Virus record (IMG/VR): IMGVR_UViG_2630968879_000020
Location: 1-64,000 of that record
Length of the DNA stretch: 64,000 nt
DNA from: a virus
Taxonomy: Duplodnaviria; Caudoviricetes
Direction: 5' to 3' (one strand)
Part shown: positions 38,183 through 48,318 of the stretch, in pieces
Position numbering within the stretch: position 1 is the first letter of the stretch
Layout: each line of letters begins with the position of its first letter
Notes under the pieces: generated by a model
The model's input: only the letters and a program-made list of their open reading frames with translations
Databases searched by the model: none
Told to the model about the DNA's origin: nothing
Translations under genes and position numbers: made by a program

Positions 38183-38826
38183 GCGATTACATCATCAACA
38201 TTGCATTCGATACTCGCGTAACTAAAACAACCCGTACACTCGAAATTGCGGAATCATTCGGCTTAGGTATGGATGATAAACAATTCACGCTCTATGACAA
38301 TCTACGGGTTCAAATTGATCAGGGTGATGTTGTGTATATCACGGGTCAATCTGGTTCGGGTAAGTCGGTGATTTTACGAGAACTGCAAAGATTAATGAAA
38401 GACGAAAATAAAACCGTCTTATCCATTGATGACATTACCTTTGATAACGACAAGAATGTTATTGATCAGGTCGGAAAGACCACCACAGAAGCGTTGAGCT
38501 TACTGTCAATGGCAGGTTTGAACGATGCTTACCTGTTTATCCGTAAACCGTCTGAAATGTCTGACGGCCACCGTTACCGGTTGAAAATTGCAAAATTGAT
38601 TGAATCTGGTGCTCAGGTATGGGCGGCTGATGAATTTGGCGCTGTGTTAGACCGCGTTACCGCACAGGCTGTAGCGTCAAACTTCCAGAGAGCGGCGCGT
38701 AATGTTGGTGCAACCGTTATGGTAGCCACTACCCATGAGGATCTGATCAATGCATTACGCCCTAGCATAACAATTACCAAGCACTATAAAGAGCGGGTGA
38801 AGGTGGAATATGGACGTGATCATTAA
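38179..38826 (+). CDS. Soluble ABC-type ATPase
   Basis: GQSGSGKS, MSDGH signature, ADEF, TTHED; no permease nearby. Confidence 0.88.
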   Translation: MSDYIINIAFDTRVTKTTRTLEIAESFGLGMDDKQFTLYDNLRVQIDQGDVVYITGQSGSGKSVILRELQRLMKDENKTVLSIDDITFDNDKNVIDQVGKTTTEALSLLSMAGLNDAYLFIRKPSEMSDGHRYRLKIAKLIESGAQVWAADEFGAVLDRVTAQAVASNFQRAARNVGATVMVATTHEDLINALRPSITITKHYKERVKVEYGRDH

Positions 38827-39703
38827 TCGGCATAAACCGGAAGATTTCCCGAAACACTTAGACTTCATGAAAGACATGGTTGTTTCGAAAGGAACGGTCG
38901 AAGATTGGCATGAGCTTAAATCACTCCACTATAAGACAGATGGCAAGCCGTTTGCACCGAGCTACTACAAATGCACATTAGGTGATCGCTTAGTGGGGGT
39001 TGTCGTGATGGCATACCCAAAGCTGCTGCTTGCACCACGACACCGGATGTTTCCAAAACTGAAACCGACCACTAACACTACGGTTGCTAACCAGTATTGG
39101 GGAAAATACGTTAACGCAAATTTCGCAGTTATGAGCCGTTGTGTAGTCGATACGCTGTACCGAGGTCTTGGCGTCAGTTACCGGTTAATCAATATTGCCT
39201 CACGTATGCATGATAAGCCGATCATTGAAATTCAGTCCTCAATGAGCAAGTACAATCCATTTGCAATGAAAGCCGGATTTGATTTCATTCGACCAGAACG
39301 GCCGAAAACCTATGAAAGTGCGTTGCGTGTATATCAGCGTCATTTCCGATCAGATGCTGGTGACACGGAATCAATCGTAAGAGAGCTGTTTTCTATGACT
39401 GATGCGCGTAGGCGTAGAGCGTTATCTGATCTAGTCGCTAATTATCATAAAAACTCGTCATTGGCGAAAGCCGGTCGGAATAGAGGCACAACAATTCAGG
39501 ATATTTTGGACACCTTAACGACCGAGGAAGCGATCGTTAAATTTCTCAAAGAAATCCATAACCTCAGTTTTACCACACCCTTATATGGGGCATATCGAAA
39601 TCCAGACTTCGGGAAAGCGTTGCCAAGTGACATCCCACTTCTGGTATTCGATAACCAAGATGTACGCTCACAAATGGATACAAAGCGTTTAAATGTGATT
39701 TAA
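38810..39703 (+). CDS. GNAT/Mom-like acetyltransferase
   Basis: LHY, LVGVVV, SRCVVDTLYRGLGVS acetyl-CoA motif A, NPF..KAGF. Confidence 0.75.
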   Translation: MDVIINRHKPEDFPKHLDFMKDMVVSKGTVEDWHELKSLHYKTDGKPFAPSYYKCTLGDRLVGVVVMAYPKLLLAPRHRMFPKLKPTTNTTVANQYWGKYVNANFAVMSRCVVDTLYRGLGVSYRLINIASRMHDKPIIEIQSSMSKYNPFAMKAGFDFIRPERPKTYESALRVYQRHFRSDAGDTESIVRELFSMTDARRRRALSDLVANYHKNSSLAKAGRNRGTTIQDILDTLTTEEAIVKFLKEIHNLSFTTPLYGAYRNPDFGKALPSDIPLLVFDNQDVRSQMDTKRLNVI

Positions 39704-39719
39704 AAAAGGATTCTTAAAC

Positions 39720-39983
39720 ATGGACGTAACTGAAAAGCAAAAATCAATTATCCGCACTGTCTGGATTGGCGTAGAGCGGGGTAATCCTGTCGATATGGAC
39801 GAGTTACTGGAAATGCTGCCTTATAAAACCAGCAAACAGTCTATGCAATTCTCTATCCGTGCCCTTATCAAAAAAGGGATCGTTGTTAAAAGCGGTTTGA
39901 GAAAACGCGCAACAGATGGGTATAACCGTGTGGTGTATGAACTGACGGATCTCGGTAGAGCAGTTGCAAAAATGTATAGTTAA
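39720..39983 (+). CDS. Winged-helix protein
   Basis: IRALIKKGIV...YELTDLG. Confidence 0.8.
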   Translation: MDVTEKQKSIIRTVWIGVERGNPVDMDELLEMLPYKTSKQSMQFSIRALIKKGIVVKSGLRKRATDGYNRVVYELTDLGRAVAKMYS

Positions 39984-40110
39984 TAATACCGTGCTCTCAA
40001 TAATATATATTAGTAAACAATATAAATTTGATATCTATATTGTTTTGATATTTGTTTTGTTCTTATGTCTTTCTTAGTAAGAAATTTATATAAATATTAT
40101 GGGAGCAAGG
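39984..40110. repeat. AT-rich element with inverted GC arms, copy 2 (inverted relative to copy 1)
   Basis: TAATACCGTGCTC...AT-rich...TATGGGAGCAAGG. Confidence 0.7.
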
Positions 40111-40145
40111 TCTTTTTATTAACACTGCGGAAAAGGAATTTTCGA

Positions 40146-40751
40146 GTGGCAATCAGGGAAGAAAGAACACGACTGTCTGCTTCACAATGGGCGGAAGCTG
40201 AGGCGGCTTGGTCTTCTGGGGAGTTTTCATTATCTCAGTTAGAGGGGCGCTTCGGTGTAAGGCGAGAAACGCTTTCACGTCATTTCAAAAAAAAGAAGGT
40301 CATCAAAGGCACGGATGCTGTTGGGAAATTAGTTCGTGAATCAATCAGGTCAGATGCTGAAATAAGGGCGAAAGAACGCTCCGCGTTAATTGAAGAAAGG
40401 CGGGGTAAATACGACCGCTTTGCATTCAATATTGCCGCTCTGCTGATGAGAGAAGTCACTGAGGGTTCTAAAGCCTCAGCAACAGGCTCGGCAATTGGTT
40501 TTGCTGAACGGGAAGCCAATATAAAGGCACTACAACGGGCTTCAATCACACTGAGTAAATGCTTTGAGGTGTCTAGCAAGTCTCTCAACATGGATAAAGT
40601 TGATGTTGAAGAAGATGAGCTTCCGGCACTGATGTTTGGTGAACTGACACAAGCACAGGTTGCGGAATTGCGAAAAGCTGAGGAACCGGCTGACCTGTCA
40701 GAAGAACTCGACCTTGACACTGAGAGTGAAGAAAACGGCGGGGGTGAATGA
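40146..40751 (+). CDS. Putative terminase small subunit
   Basis: N-terminal HTH; directly upstream of and overlapping terL. Confidence 0.7.
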   Translation: MAIREERTRLSASQWAEAEAAWSSGEFSLSQLEGRFGVRRETLSRHFKKKKVIKGTDAVGKLVRESIRSDAEIRAKERSALIEERRGKYDRFAFNIAALLMREVTEGSKASATGSAIGFAEREANIKALQRASITLSKCFEVSSKSLNMDKVDVEEDELPALMFGELTQAQVAELRKAEEPADLSEELDLDTESEENGGGE

Positions 40752-42010
40752 TGGCTCAGAACAATAGTGGTCTGCAATTGGTTCAGCTCCATAAAGGGCA
40801 GATGTCAGTATTCAAATCACCTCATCGATTTAAAGTCGTCTGTGCTGGTCGGCGTTGGGGTAAATCCCGCCTATCTATCTCTAAGCTGATGAAAGAGGCT
40901 ATAAAAGCGCCTAAACAGCGAGTTTGGTATATCGCCCCGACTTACCAGATGGCAAGGCAGATTCTTTGGGATGATTTGCAGGAATTGATCCCCCGTAAAT
41001 GGATCAAAAAGAAAAACGACACCACAATGACCATCTTGCTGAAAAACGGCAGTGAGCTGGGATTAAAAGGCGCTGATAAGCCGGACACTCTGCGTGGAGT
41101 CGCATTGCATTTTGTTGTACTTGATGAGTTTCAGGACATGAAGCCTGATACTTGGTACAAGGTCATTCGTCCAACTCTTTCATCCACGAAAGGAAAGGCG
41201 CTGATTATCGGTACACCGAAAGGTTATTCCGCTTTCCATAAGCTCTGGACTATCGGGCAAAATCCCTCGATGCAGAAGAAAGGGCATTGGAAAAGCTGGC
41301 AGTACGTTACCGCTGATTCGCCATTTGTTCCAGATTCAGAGATTGAGGCGGCCCGTGAAGATATGGACCCTAAATCCTTTGCTCAGGAATACCTTGCTTC
41401 TTTCGAAAATATGTCAGGCCGAGTGTACTATCCGTTTGAACGAAAAACACACGTTAAGCCATGCGAATTCAACCCGAAACTACCTATTTGGATAGGGCAG
41501 GACTTCAACATTGATCCTATGTCGTCGGTGGTATTGCAGCCTCAACCGAACGGAGAACTGTGGGCGGTAGATGAAATTGTCTTGTTTTCATCGAACACAG
41601 TTGAAGTGTGTGACGAAATCGAACGCCGTTATTGGCGATGGAAAAATCAGGTTGTTATCTTTCCTGACCCAGCGGGTAGCTACCGTCAACATGCACGAGG
41701 CGAGTCGGATATTGATATCTTTAAGGAAAAGGGGTTTGTGCGCATTGATTTTCCTAAAAAACACCCTCCGATTGCAGATCGTGTCAATGCGACAAACCGC
41801 TTGTTGATGAGTGCTGCGGGGACAGTTAGACTTCATATTGACCCAAAATGCAAGCATCTCATTGAATCATTTGAAAAAGTTATTTACAAACCGGGTTCTA
41901 GGGATATCGATAAGGCAGCGGGTATTGAGCATAGTACTGATGCGATAGGTTATCCGATTCATAGACGATTCCCTGTCAAAGAACGCACAATTCTCGGTGG
42001 TTCACGTTAA
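40748..42010 (+). CDS. Terminase large subunit
   Basis: AGRRWGKS, VVLDE, GTP, GQDFN nuclease, DAIGY. Confidence 0.95.
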   Translation: MMAQNNSGLQLVQLHKGQMSVFKSPHRFKVVCAGRRWGKSRLSISKLMKEAIKAPKQRVWYIAPTYQMARQILWDDLQELIPRKWIKKKNDTTMTILLKNGSELGLKGADKPDTLRGVALHFVVLDEFQDMKPDTWYKVIRPTLSSTKGKALIIGTPKGYSAFHKLWTIGQNPSMQKKGHWKSWQYVTADSPFVPDSEIEAAREDMDPKSFAQEYLASFENMSGRVYYPFERKTHVKPCEFNPKLPIWIGQDFNIDPMSSVVLQPQPNGELWAVDEIVLFSSNTVEVCDEIERRYWRWKNQVVIFPDPAGSYRQHARGESDIDIFKEKGFVRIDFPKKHPPIADRVNATNRLLMSAAGTVRLHIDPKCKHLIESFEKVIYKPGSRDIDKAAGIEHSTDAIGYPIHRRFPVKERTILGGSR

Positions 42011-42044
42011 CAATGTAGTTATATAAATATCTAAAGGATTTTAA

Positions 42045-43610
42045 ATGGAAGTTGAATCTTTAGACCAAAAAGTATTGAAGGAATTAGTCAGTCGCCGTCA
42101 TCCCGAATATGAGGGACGACTAGAGCATTGGAATTTCTTGGCAGCCACTTATGCTGGTGGACGTAATTGGTTCCAACACAATATTTTTCGTTATTTCAAA
42201 GAAGGTGATAAGGAATTTAAGGAGCGTCTGGAACGCGCCTATCGCTTCAACCACACACGCGAAGTGGTCAACCTTATCAACAAGTACATCTTCAGAGAAA
42301 ACATTTCTCGTGAGCGATCTGATGCCCCTGATGCAGTAAAAGCATTCTGGGATCGAGCCACCCGTGAACAAATGACGCTTGATGAACTGATGTCTGCAAT
42401 TGATATTCAAACATCAATCTTTGGTCGGATCTGGATTGTCGTTGATTCAACAATGAAAGATGTTGAGGTGACTTCTTTAGCCGATGAGAAAAAAGCGGAT
42501 GCTCGTGCTTACGCCTACTGGTTGCCGCCCCAGCAAATGTTGGACTTCGCCTATGACGATGATGGCAACCTGCTTTGGGTACTAACACATGAACTGGTGC
42601 GTGATGATGCCAACCCGTTCACCTCATCCGGTGATTTACAAAATCGGTATCGGCTGTGGACGCGGGAAAGTTGGTTTCTGTTCCGTGAAGTTAAGGCCAA
42701 GAAAGGAAACGCTAAGCAAGCACAAATTGAGCTGGAGAATTATGGTGAACACAAATTAGGTGTTGTGCCTGTGTTCCCTGTGGATTGTATGGGAAATGCC
42801 CAGTCACGGTATTTCAGCCCGTCATTAATTGATGATATCGCATACCTTGATAGGGCTGTTGCTAACTACCTTTCTAACCTTGATGCCATTATCCAAGATC
42901 AGACTTTTAGCCAATTGGCTATTCCTGTTCAGGCGATGATGCCGGGCGATGAAAATCATACGAAGGTTTTGGAATTTGGCACAAAACGCGTCTTTACCTA
43001 CGATGCTGAGGGTGGATCGCAGCCATTTTATATGTCGCCAGATCCGAAACAGGCATCAATGATCATTCAGACCGTTCAAACCGTTATCAATGAGATTTAC
43101 CACTCAGTCGGTGTGGCTGGTGAACGAACCAAACAGGATAATGCAAAAGGTATAGATAACAGTTCAGGGGCGGCAAAAGCCTACGATTTTCAGCGTGTAA
43201 ATAGCTTATTGATCACCAAAGCTGAACGATTACAGCGCGCAGAGCGGCAGATGCTTTATTTGGCTGCGAAATGGATGGGGCAGGAGAAAACACAGGAAGA
43301 AATCGACGAATTGGTCGCATATCCTGAAAGTTTTGACGTTCGTGGCCTGATGGATGAATTTGATGTTGCTAAACAGCTTAAAGAAATCGAAGCACCTGAA
43401 TCAGTACGTCGTCACCAGATGGATATTCTGATCGAAAAAATCTTTCCAAACGTTTCTAAGGAGATGCGAAGTGCCTTTGATAAGGATTTAGAGGAATTTC
43501 CGCCAAAAAATAATCAATTAATGCTTGAAAGTAAGTATTTAAATACCTATGATTCAAGTAATAAAAAGGATCAAGAAACCGATCCGAAATCGACTCAAGA
43601 GACTGAGTGA
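42045..43610 (+). CDS. Portal protein
   Basis: Size and position after terL; HKLGVVPV, SGAAK motifs. Confidence 0.88.
   Translation: MEVESLDQKVLKELVSRRHPEYEGRLEHWNFLAATYAGGRNWFQHNIFRYFKEGDKEFKERLERAYRFNHTREVVNLINKYIFRENISRERSDAPDAVKAFWDRATREQMTLDELMSAIDIQTSIFGRIWIVVDSTMKDVEVTSLADEKKADARAYAYWLPPQQMLDFAYDDDGNLLWVLTHELVRDDANPFTSSGDLQNRYRLWTRESWFLFREVKAKKGNAKQAQIELENYGEHKLGVVPVFPVDCMGNAQSRYFSPSLIDDIAYLDRAVANYLSNLDAIIQDQTFSQLAIPVQAMMPGDENHTKVLEFGTKRVFTYDAEGGSQPFYMSPDPKQASMIIQTVQTVINEIYHSVGVAGERTKQDNAKGIDNSSGAAKAYDFQRVNSLLITKAERLQRAERQMLYLAAKWMGQEKTQEEIDELVAYPESFDVRGLMDEFDVAKQLKEIEAPESVRRHQMDILIEKIFPNVSKEMRSAFDKDLEEFPPKNNQLMLESKYLNTYDSSNKKDQETDPKSTQETE
43525..43553 (+). promoter_or_regulatory. Internal promoter with the operator in its spacer
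   Basis: TTGAAA-17-TATGAT enclosing TAAGTA-TTTAAA-TACCTA (43532-43549). Confidence 0.75.
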
Positions 43611-43633
43611 TTTATTTACAAGGAAAGTAAGCA

Positions 43634-44500
43634 ATGGATTTAGGGTTCAAGTTGATGGCTCGTCGCGGCATTTTAATGAGCGAAGCTGATGATGGTACAC
43701 AGGGCGGTAGTGGGGGTGGTGCTCCAACTTCACTGCCAGAAAAAATCCCAGATGCAAGCACGGACGGTTATTCAGAACTTTCACAAGAAGAACTAATCGC
43801 TCGTCTGAAAGTGGCTGATACGGAAAAAGCAAATCTCATCAAAGAAACGATGAAACGCAAAACTGATAACAAGACACTGGCGGAAAAATTAGCGGCATTT
43901 GGTGATGCAACCCCTGAGCGAGTATCTGAATTACTGGCTGCTCAACAGGCTGCGGAAGAAGAAAAACAACGCCGTGAACAAGAGGAACAAGAGAAACGTG
44001 GTGAGTTTGATGCCGTCAAAAAACAGATGGTTGACGCTCATAAAGCCGAGCTGGAAGGCCGTGATGATCAAATCACAACTTTGAACAGCGAAAAGCAGGC
44101 TCTGCGTTCTCAGATCCTTGAACTAACAGTAGGTTCGGCGTTCTCCGGCTCAAACTTCTTACGTGAAGAAACGCTGATCACACCAAGCAAAGCTCGTGTG
44201 ATTTACGGTACTCATTTTGAAGTCGGCGAGGACGGTAGTGTTCTTGGTTATGATAAACCCGCCGGAACTAAAGATCGGGCTATCTTAGTTGATGGTAACG
44301 GTAGTGCTTTAGGTTTTGAGCAGGCCATTGAACGCATTCTGAAAGCTGACCCTGAATCTGATGCTTTACTACGCAGCAAAGCCAAACCGGGGGCGGGTTC
44401 AAAGAGTGATCCTGTACTGGAAAAACAGCCGGTGTCGAAAGAAAAGAGTTCTCTCGACAAAATTGCTGGCGGACTTGCCAAGTTACGAGCCGGTAAGTAA
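43634..44500 (+). CDS. Capsid scaffolding protein
   Basis: Coiled coil, GAGS tail, precedes the major capsid gene. Confidence 0.8.
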   Translation: MDLGFKLMARRGILMSEADDGTQGGSGGGAPTSLPEKIPDASTDGYSELSQEELIARLKVADTEKANLIKETMKRKTDNKTLAEKLAAFGDATPERVSELLAAQQAAEEEKQRREQEEQEKRGEFDAVKKQMVDAHKAELEGRDDQITTLNSEKQALRSQILELTVGSAFSGSNFLREETLITPSKARVIYGTHFEVGEDGSVLGYDKPAGTKDRAILVDGNGSALGFEQAIERILKADPESDALLRSKAKPGAGSKSDPVLEKQPVSKEKSSLDKIAGGLAKLRAGK

Positions 44501-44564
44501 TTAACAAGGGGAACTGGACGTTCCCCTCTAGCAAAATTTGTGTGTATACTAAAGGGAATTTACG

Positions 44565-45449
44565 ATGCCATTACTACGAGAAGAAGCTGAAAAGCTGTCT
44601 AATAACACGCTTGAACAGGGTGTTATTGAAACCATTATCGACCGTGAAGACTTGTTTGCGGTATTGCCGTTCATGAAAGTGGACTCAAAGGCATACCTGT
44701 ATAACCGTGAATCTGAACTAAGCGAAGCACAATTTATCGATGTGAATGATGAAGTACCGGAAGGTGCGGCAAAGTTCTCTGAACATGTTGCTAAACTGCG
44801 CATTTTGGCAGGCGATGTGGACGTTGATAAATTCCTGTCCTCTACAATGGGCGACACGAATAGCCAGATGGCTATTCAAATCCGTTCCAAAGTAAAAGGT
44901 CTGGCTCGTGCATTCCGTCGCAACCTGATCCTCGGTGATAGCTCCTCTAACGCTAAAACCTTTGACGGTATTCCTAAGCTGATCCACAACGACCAGAAAA
45001 TCATTGCTGACTCTTCAATGACGTTCTCCATGCTGGATGAGCTGGTTGATGCGGTCAAAGACTTAGGTGCTGATGCAATCATGATGCGTTCTGAGCATAT
45101 CCGTGCATACCGTGCTCTGCTGCGTACCGTGAACGTCGGCCCTACTGAAATCATGATCGAAAACTTTGGTCGTCCAATGTTGACTCACAACGGTGTACCA
45201 TTCCTTGTGAATGATTTCATTCCAAAAACCAGTGATACAAAAGCGCAGAAAGCCGACATTTACTGTCTACATCTGAGCGAAGAGAACGGTCTGACGGGTC
45301 TGTACGGTGGTGATAATGCAGGTATCGTTGTTGAAGATATCGGTACTGTACAGAACAAAGATGCCACCCGTACCCGTGTTAAATGGTATTGCTCTCTGGC
45401 AAACAAACACGACAAAGCTATCGCGGCTCTGACAGGCGTAGCTCTGTAA
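44565..45449 (+). CDS. Major capsid protein (HK97 fold)
   Basis: ILGD...FDGI motifs, strong codon bias, terminator at 45470-45497. Confidence 0.9.
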   Translation: MPLLREEAEKLSNNTLEQGVIETIIDREDLFAVLPFMKVDSKAYLYNRESELSEAQFIDVNDEVPEGAAKFSEHVAKLRILAGDVDVDKFLSSTMGDTNSQMAIQIRSKVKGLARAFRRNLILGDSSSNAKTFDGIPKLIHNDQKIIADSSMTFSMLDELVDAVKDLGADAIMMRSEHIRAYRALLRTVNVGPTEIMIENFGRPMLTHNGVPFLVNDFIPKTSDTKAQKADIYCLHLSEENGLTGLYGGDNAGIVVEDIGTVQNKDATRTRVKWYCSLANKHDKAIAALTGVAL

Positions 45450-45514
45450 TAGGCGCAGGTGACCGAAAGGGGTGAGGCGAAAGCCCACCCTTTTTTCTTA
45501 TAGGGGGAGTAATT

Positions 45515-45763
45515 ATGACCGAAAAGCAAGTGAAATTGACTGAAAGTTCAATGCGTGGTTATAACGGGCATCTGTTTATGACCGAGTTTCAAAATGGCAA
45601 AACAATAACGCCGGTATCTCAACGAAAGCAGGATCGTATTTTGGCTACCGTTCGTTCTGAAATTGCCGCTAAACCGGCAACGAAAGAGTTGGAAACAATG
45701 CCGCCAGTCACACCACCGATTAAAGAGCCTAGCGTATCGGAAGACAAACACGAAGAAAGTTAA
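45515..45763 (+). CDS. Small virion protein, paralog of the next gene
   Basis: VKLTE..GYNG....FQNG motif. Confidence 0.7.
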   Translation: MTEKQVKLTESSMRGYNGHLFMTEFQNGKTITPVSQRKQDRILATVRSEIAAKPATKELETMPPVTPPIKEPSVSEDKHEES

Positions 45764-45818
45764 GTAATAACAGTAGTGCGGTCGGGATGACCGCACCTTC
45801 TCATTAAGGAAAGTGAAA

Positions 45819-46250
45819 ATGAAACCCGCCAAAGTAAAACTCTTGGAATCAGCATTTTCCGGTTATACCGGTGTCATGTCTGGTGTCATGTTTGAGAACG
45901 GTGTAAGTAAAACCGCTATTCCGTTTATTGATCAACAGCGGATATGTTCAATTATGAAAGCCGAAACCGTGGAGGGTAAAAATGTGAGTGGGGCGGCTGC
46001 ATTAGCCGAATCTCGTGAAATTACAGCAAAACAAGCGTTGGAACTGGAAACAAAAGCAACGCCAACCACTGAATTACTGCGTGAAGGAGAAAATGATCTT
46101 CCTATTATCCGATTCACACGAAATGAACTGGAAGCGTTGGCTGATAAAGGCGGGATTGCTGCTTTGCGTAAAATTGGTAACGAGTTCAATGTGCGTGAAA
46201 AATCAATTGAAGCGATGATCGAAAGTATCCTCAACGTGGCAGGTGAATAA
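45819..46250 (+). CDS. Virion-associated protein
   Basis: VKLLE..GYTG....FENG; C-terminal HeH-like helix pair. Confidence 0.75.
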   Translation: MKPAKVKLLESAFSGYTGVMSGVMFENGVSKTAIPFIDQQRICSIMKAETVEGKNVSGAAALAESREITAKQALELETKATPTTELLREGENDLPIIRFTRNELEALADKGGIAALRKIGNEFNVREKSIEAMIESILNVAGE

Positions 46251-47089
46251 TGTCAAAACTGGACGTAATCAAATCAGGCGGTGTATCAGAAATTACTGTG
46301 ATGTTTGATGCGCTTGATATAGAGAAAGCCTCTTATTCATTGTTCGACATTGCCGGTAAAACGATTATTGCTGACCAAGACATTACTCTGAATAGCGGCG
46401 ATCTGAGCGCCTCCTTTTCTATCTCAGGTGAACATAACGTTTTAGCGGATGGCAAAACCAAAGACATGCGTCGTGTTGTGGTAAAAACAACTACAGCAAG
46501 TGGTCGGGTATCTGAATTTGAACAGTATTATGCTGTTATTGTCTCAATAGAATTAGCTGTACCCAGTGAATCTTTCATTACCCTGATGGAAGCAAAACTA
46601 GCTGCTATAGATATGTATTCCTCAGATGCATTTTTGTTCCTGAGTGATCATACTCAGCGTCAGGCCTTAATAGAGGCAACAAGACGCCTCAAGAATATGA
46701 AATTCAGTCTCAAGCGGATTTATAAGATATCGGATAGCGAATACGACCGACCTCAAAACGTGTTAGCGACTAATGCATTACCGTTTTATCTGGCTGGTGA
46801 ATTTAAAGGTGACGCAATTGATTTCTCTGAGCTGACAGAAGAAGAGTACCGAGCACTGCCTGATTATTTCCTCAATGATATGGCGCAAGCCTGCATGATT
46901 GAGGCTGTTTCTGTTGTGACTACCGGTGGTGCGGCAGATGCCCGTGATGAGGGCGTACTGTCTGAATCTATTGGTGAAACAACCAATATGTATCGTAGCG
47001 GCAGGGCAGCAACACAGGCATTGTCGCGTAAAACTTGGCGCTTAATTGCACGCTATACAGACAATGTGATTCGCATTCGCCGAGGGTGA
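46250..47089 (+). CDS. Head-tail adaptor
   Basis: Position; SESIGE motif. Confidence 0.7.
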   Translation: MSKLDVIKSGGVSEITVMFDALDIEKASYSLFDIAGKTIIADQDITLNSGDLSASFSISGEHNVLADGKTKDMRRVVVKTTTASGRVSEFEQYYAVIVSIELAVPSESFITLMEAKLAAIDMYSSDAFLFLSDHTQRQALIEATRRLKNMKFSLKRIYKISDSEYDRPQNVLATNALPFYLAGEFKGDAIDFSELTEEEYRALPDYFLNDMAQACMIEAVSVVTTGGAADARDEGVLSESIGETTNMYRSGRAATQALSRKTWRLIARYTDNVIRIRRG

Positions 47090-47090
47090 T

Positions 47091-47444
47091 ATGAATATCA
47101 GTTGGCAATCAACCGCAACCATTTATCGTAAATCTGAAACATTGAATATTTATGGAGAACCTGAATTACAGTTTGCTGGAAAATCACCGGTCGGAATTGT
47201 TCGTTTTATTCAGGCATATGATCGTTCATCTGTACGAGCGGATAGTTCGGCATCACGAGGTAAAGCGGATATTGAGTTGTTTGATGCCGTTCTGATCTTC
47301 CCCGAAAAAACAAAGCTCAATATTGACGATGTGTTGTTGGTTGAAGGTGTGAAGTTGGAGATTAAAAGCATTCACAACAGATTCGGCTTAAGGGGCAAGG
47401 AGGGGCATTTTGAAGTGGGGGCAAACTTGTGGGTATCTCAGTAG
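47091..47444 (+). CDS. Head closure protein
   Basis: Position and size; NIYGEP. Confidence 0.65.
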   Translation: MNISWQSTATIYRKSETLNIYGEPELQFAGKSPVGIVRFIQAYDRSSVRADSSASRGKADIELFDAVLIFPEKTKLNIDDVLLVEGVKLEIKSIHNRFGLRGKEGHFEVGANLWVSQ

Positions 47445-47926
47445 ACATTGGTTCATTTAAACGTGTTCAGAAACGTTTGACGCACAGTCAGCATGCTCTC
47501 AAAAAGAACTTACTCAATGAATTACGGAAAATGGCGGTTGAAATGCAGAAGTATGCCCGCGCCATGATCCCCCGTGAGACAGGTAGCCTTGAAAGTGCTG
47601 TCTTCGCTCATGTTGTAAATAGAAGGGATGAGGTTCATGTGAATCTTTATGTTTCTGAGCACAAGAAACGTGAAGGATTTAATATTCGTGGTAAGTCCGT
47701 CAAGAGTGTTTCAGTCGGTCGTTATGCCAAATACATGCACAATGGACAATATCGGCTTGGGATATTGTCACGAATTAAACAGCAGAGTAACTACGCTACC
47801 AATATGCGGGTTAAAGTGGGTAAAGGGTTTATTGGACGAGCCGGTAATACTGTATGGAAACGTTACCGTAATGATCTAAAAGAGGCGGGCATAAGAGCGG
47901 GTTTTGGTCGAGGTCGATGGAAATGA
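47429..47926 (+). CDS. Tail completion (HK97 gp10-like) protein
   Basis: PRETGSL, YAKYMH. Confidence 0.75.
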   Translation: MGISVDIGSFKRVQKRLTHSQHALKKNLLNELRKMAVEMQKYARAMIPRETGSLESAVFAHVVNRRDEVHVNLYVSEHKKREGFNIRGKSVKSVSVGRYAKYMHNGQYRLGILSRIKQQSNYATNMRVKVGKGFIGRAGNTVWKRYRNDLKEAGIRAGFGRGRWK

Positions 47927-48303
47927 TTTTAGAAGCATTTACTAAATATCTTGAATCAAAAGGAGTGGGAAAAATAGGAAAAGATCTGTTTTGCCACTAT
48001 ATGCCCCCCAAAATACCTCGTGGCTATCTGGTTATGTCGCCTAGCGATGGGATTAAAATTGATTCAGAGTTAAAAGGCTACTATCAAGACATTTTTCCGT
48101 TTATGATTAGAGCAGAAAGTATTGGAAAGGTTAACCAATTAAGTAATGTGGTTATGGAGCACCTTTCAGTACGTGATATTGAGATAAATGGAGTTTATTT
48201 CAATTTAATACAAGTCATTACATTGCCTACTATCTACCCCCAAAATGACGGAGGTTCTTTTGAAGCAGGCGTTGTGATAGAGTTCAGTTGTTATTTAAAA
48301 TAA
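47917..48303 (+). CDS. Tail terminator-like protein
   Basis: Position before the tail tube gene. Confidence 0.65.
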   Translation: MEMILEAFTKYLESKGVGKIGKDLFCHYMPPKIPRGYLVMSPSDGIKIDSELKGYYQDIFPFMIRAESIGKVNQLSNVVMEHLSVRDIEINGVYFNLIQVITLPTIYPQNDGGSFEAGVVIEFSCYLK

Positions 48304-48318
48304 GTAAGGGAATACTTA
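48301..48318. promoter_or_regulatory. Phage-plasmid operator over the major tail RBS
   Basis: TAAGTA-AGGGAA-TACTTA. Confidence 0.6.

Noticed and set aside
38179-38826. ABC transporter
   Set aside because: No membrane or substrate-binding subunit nearby
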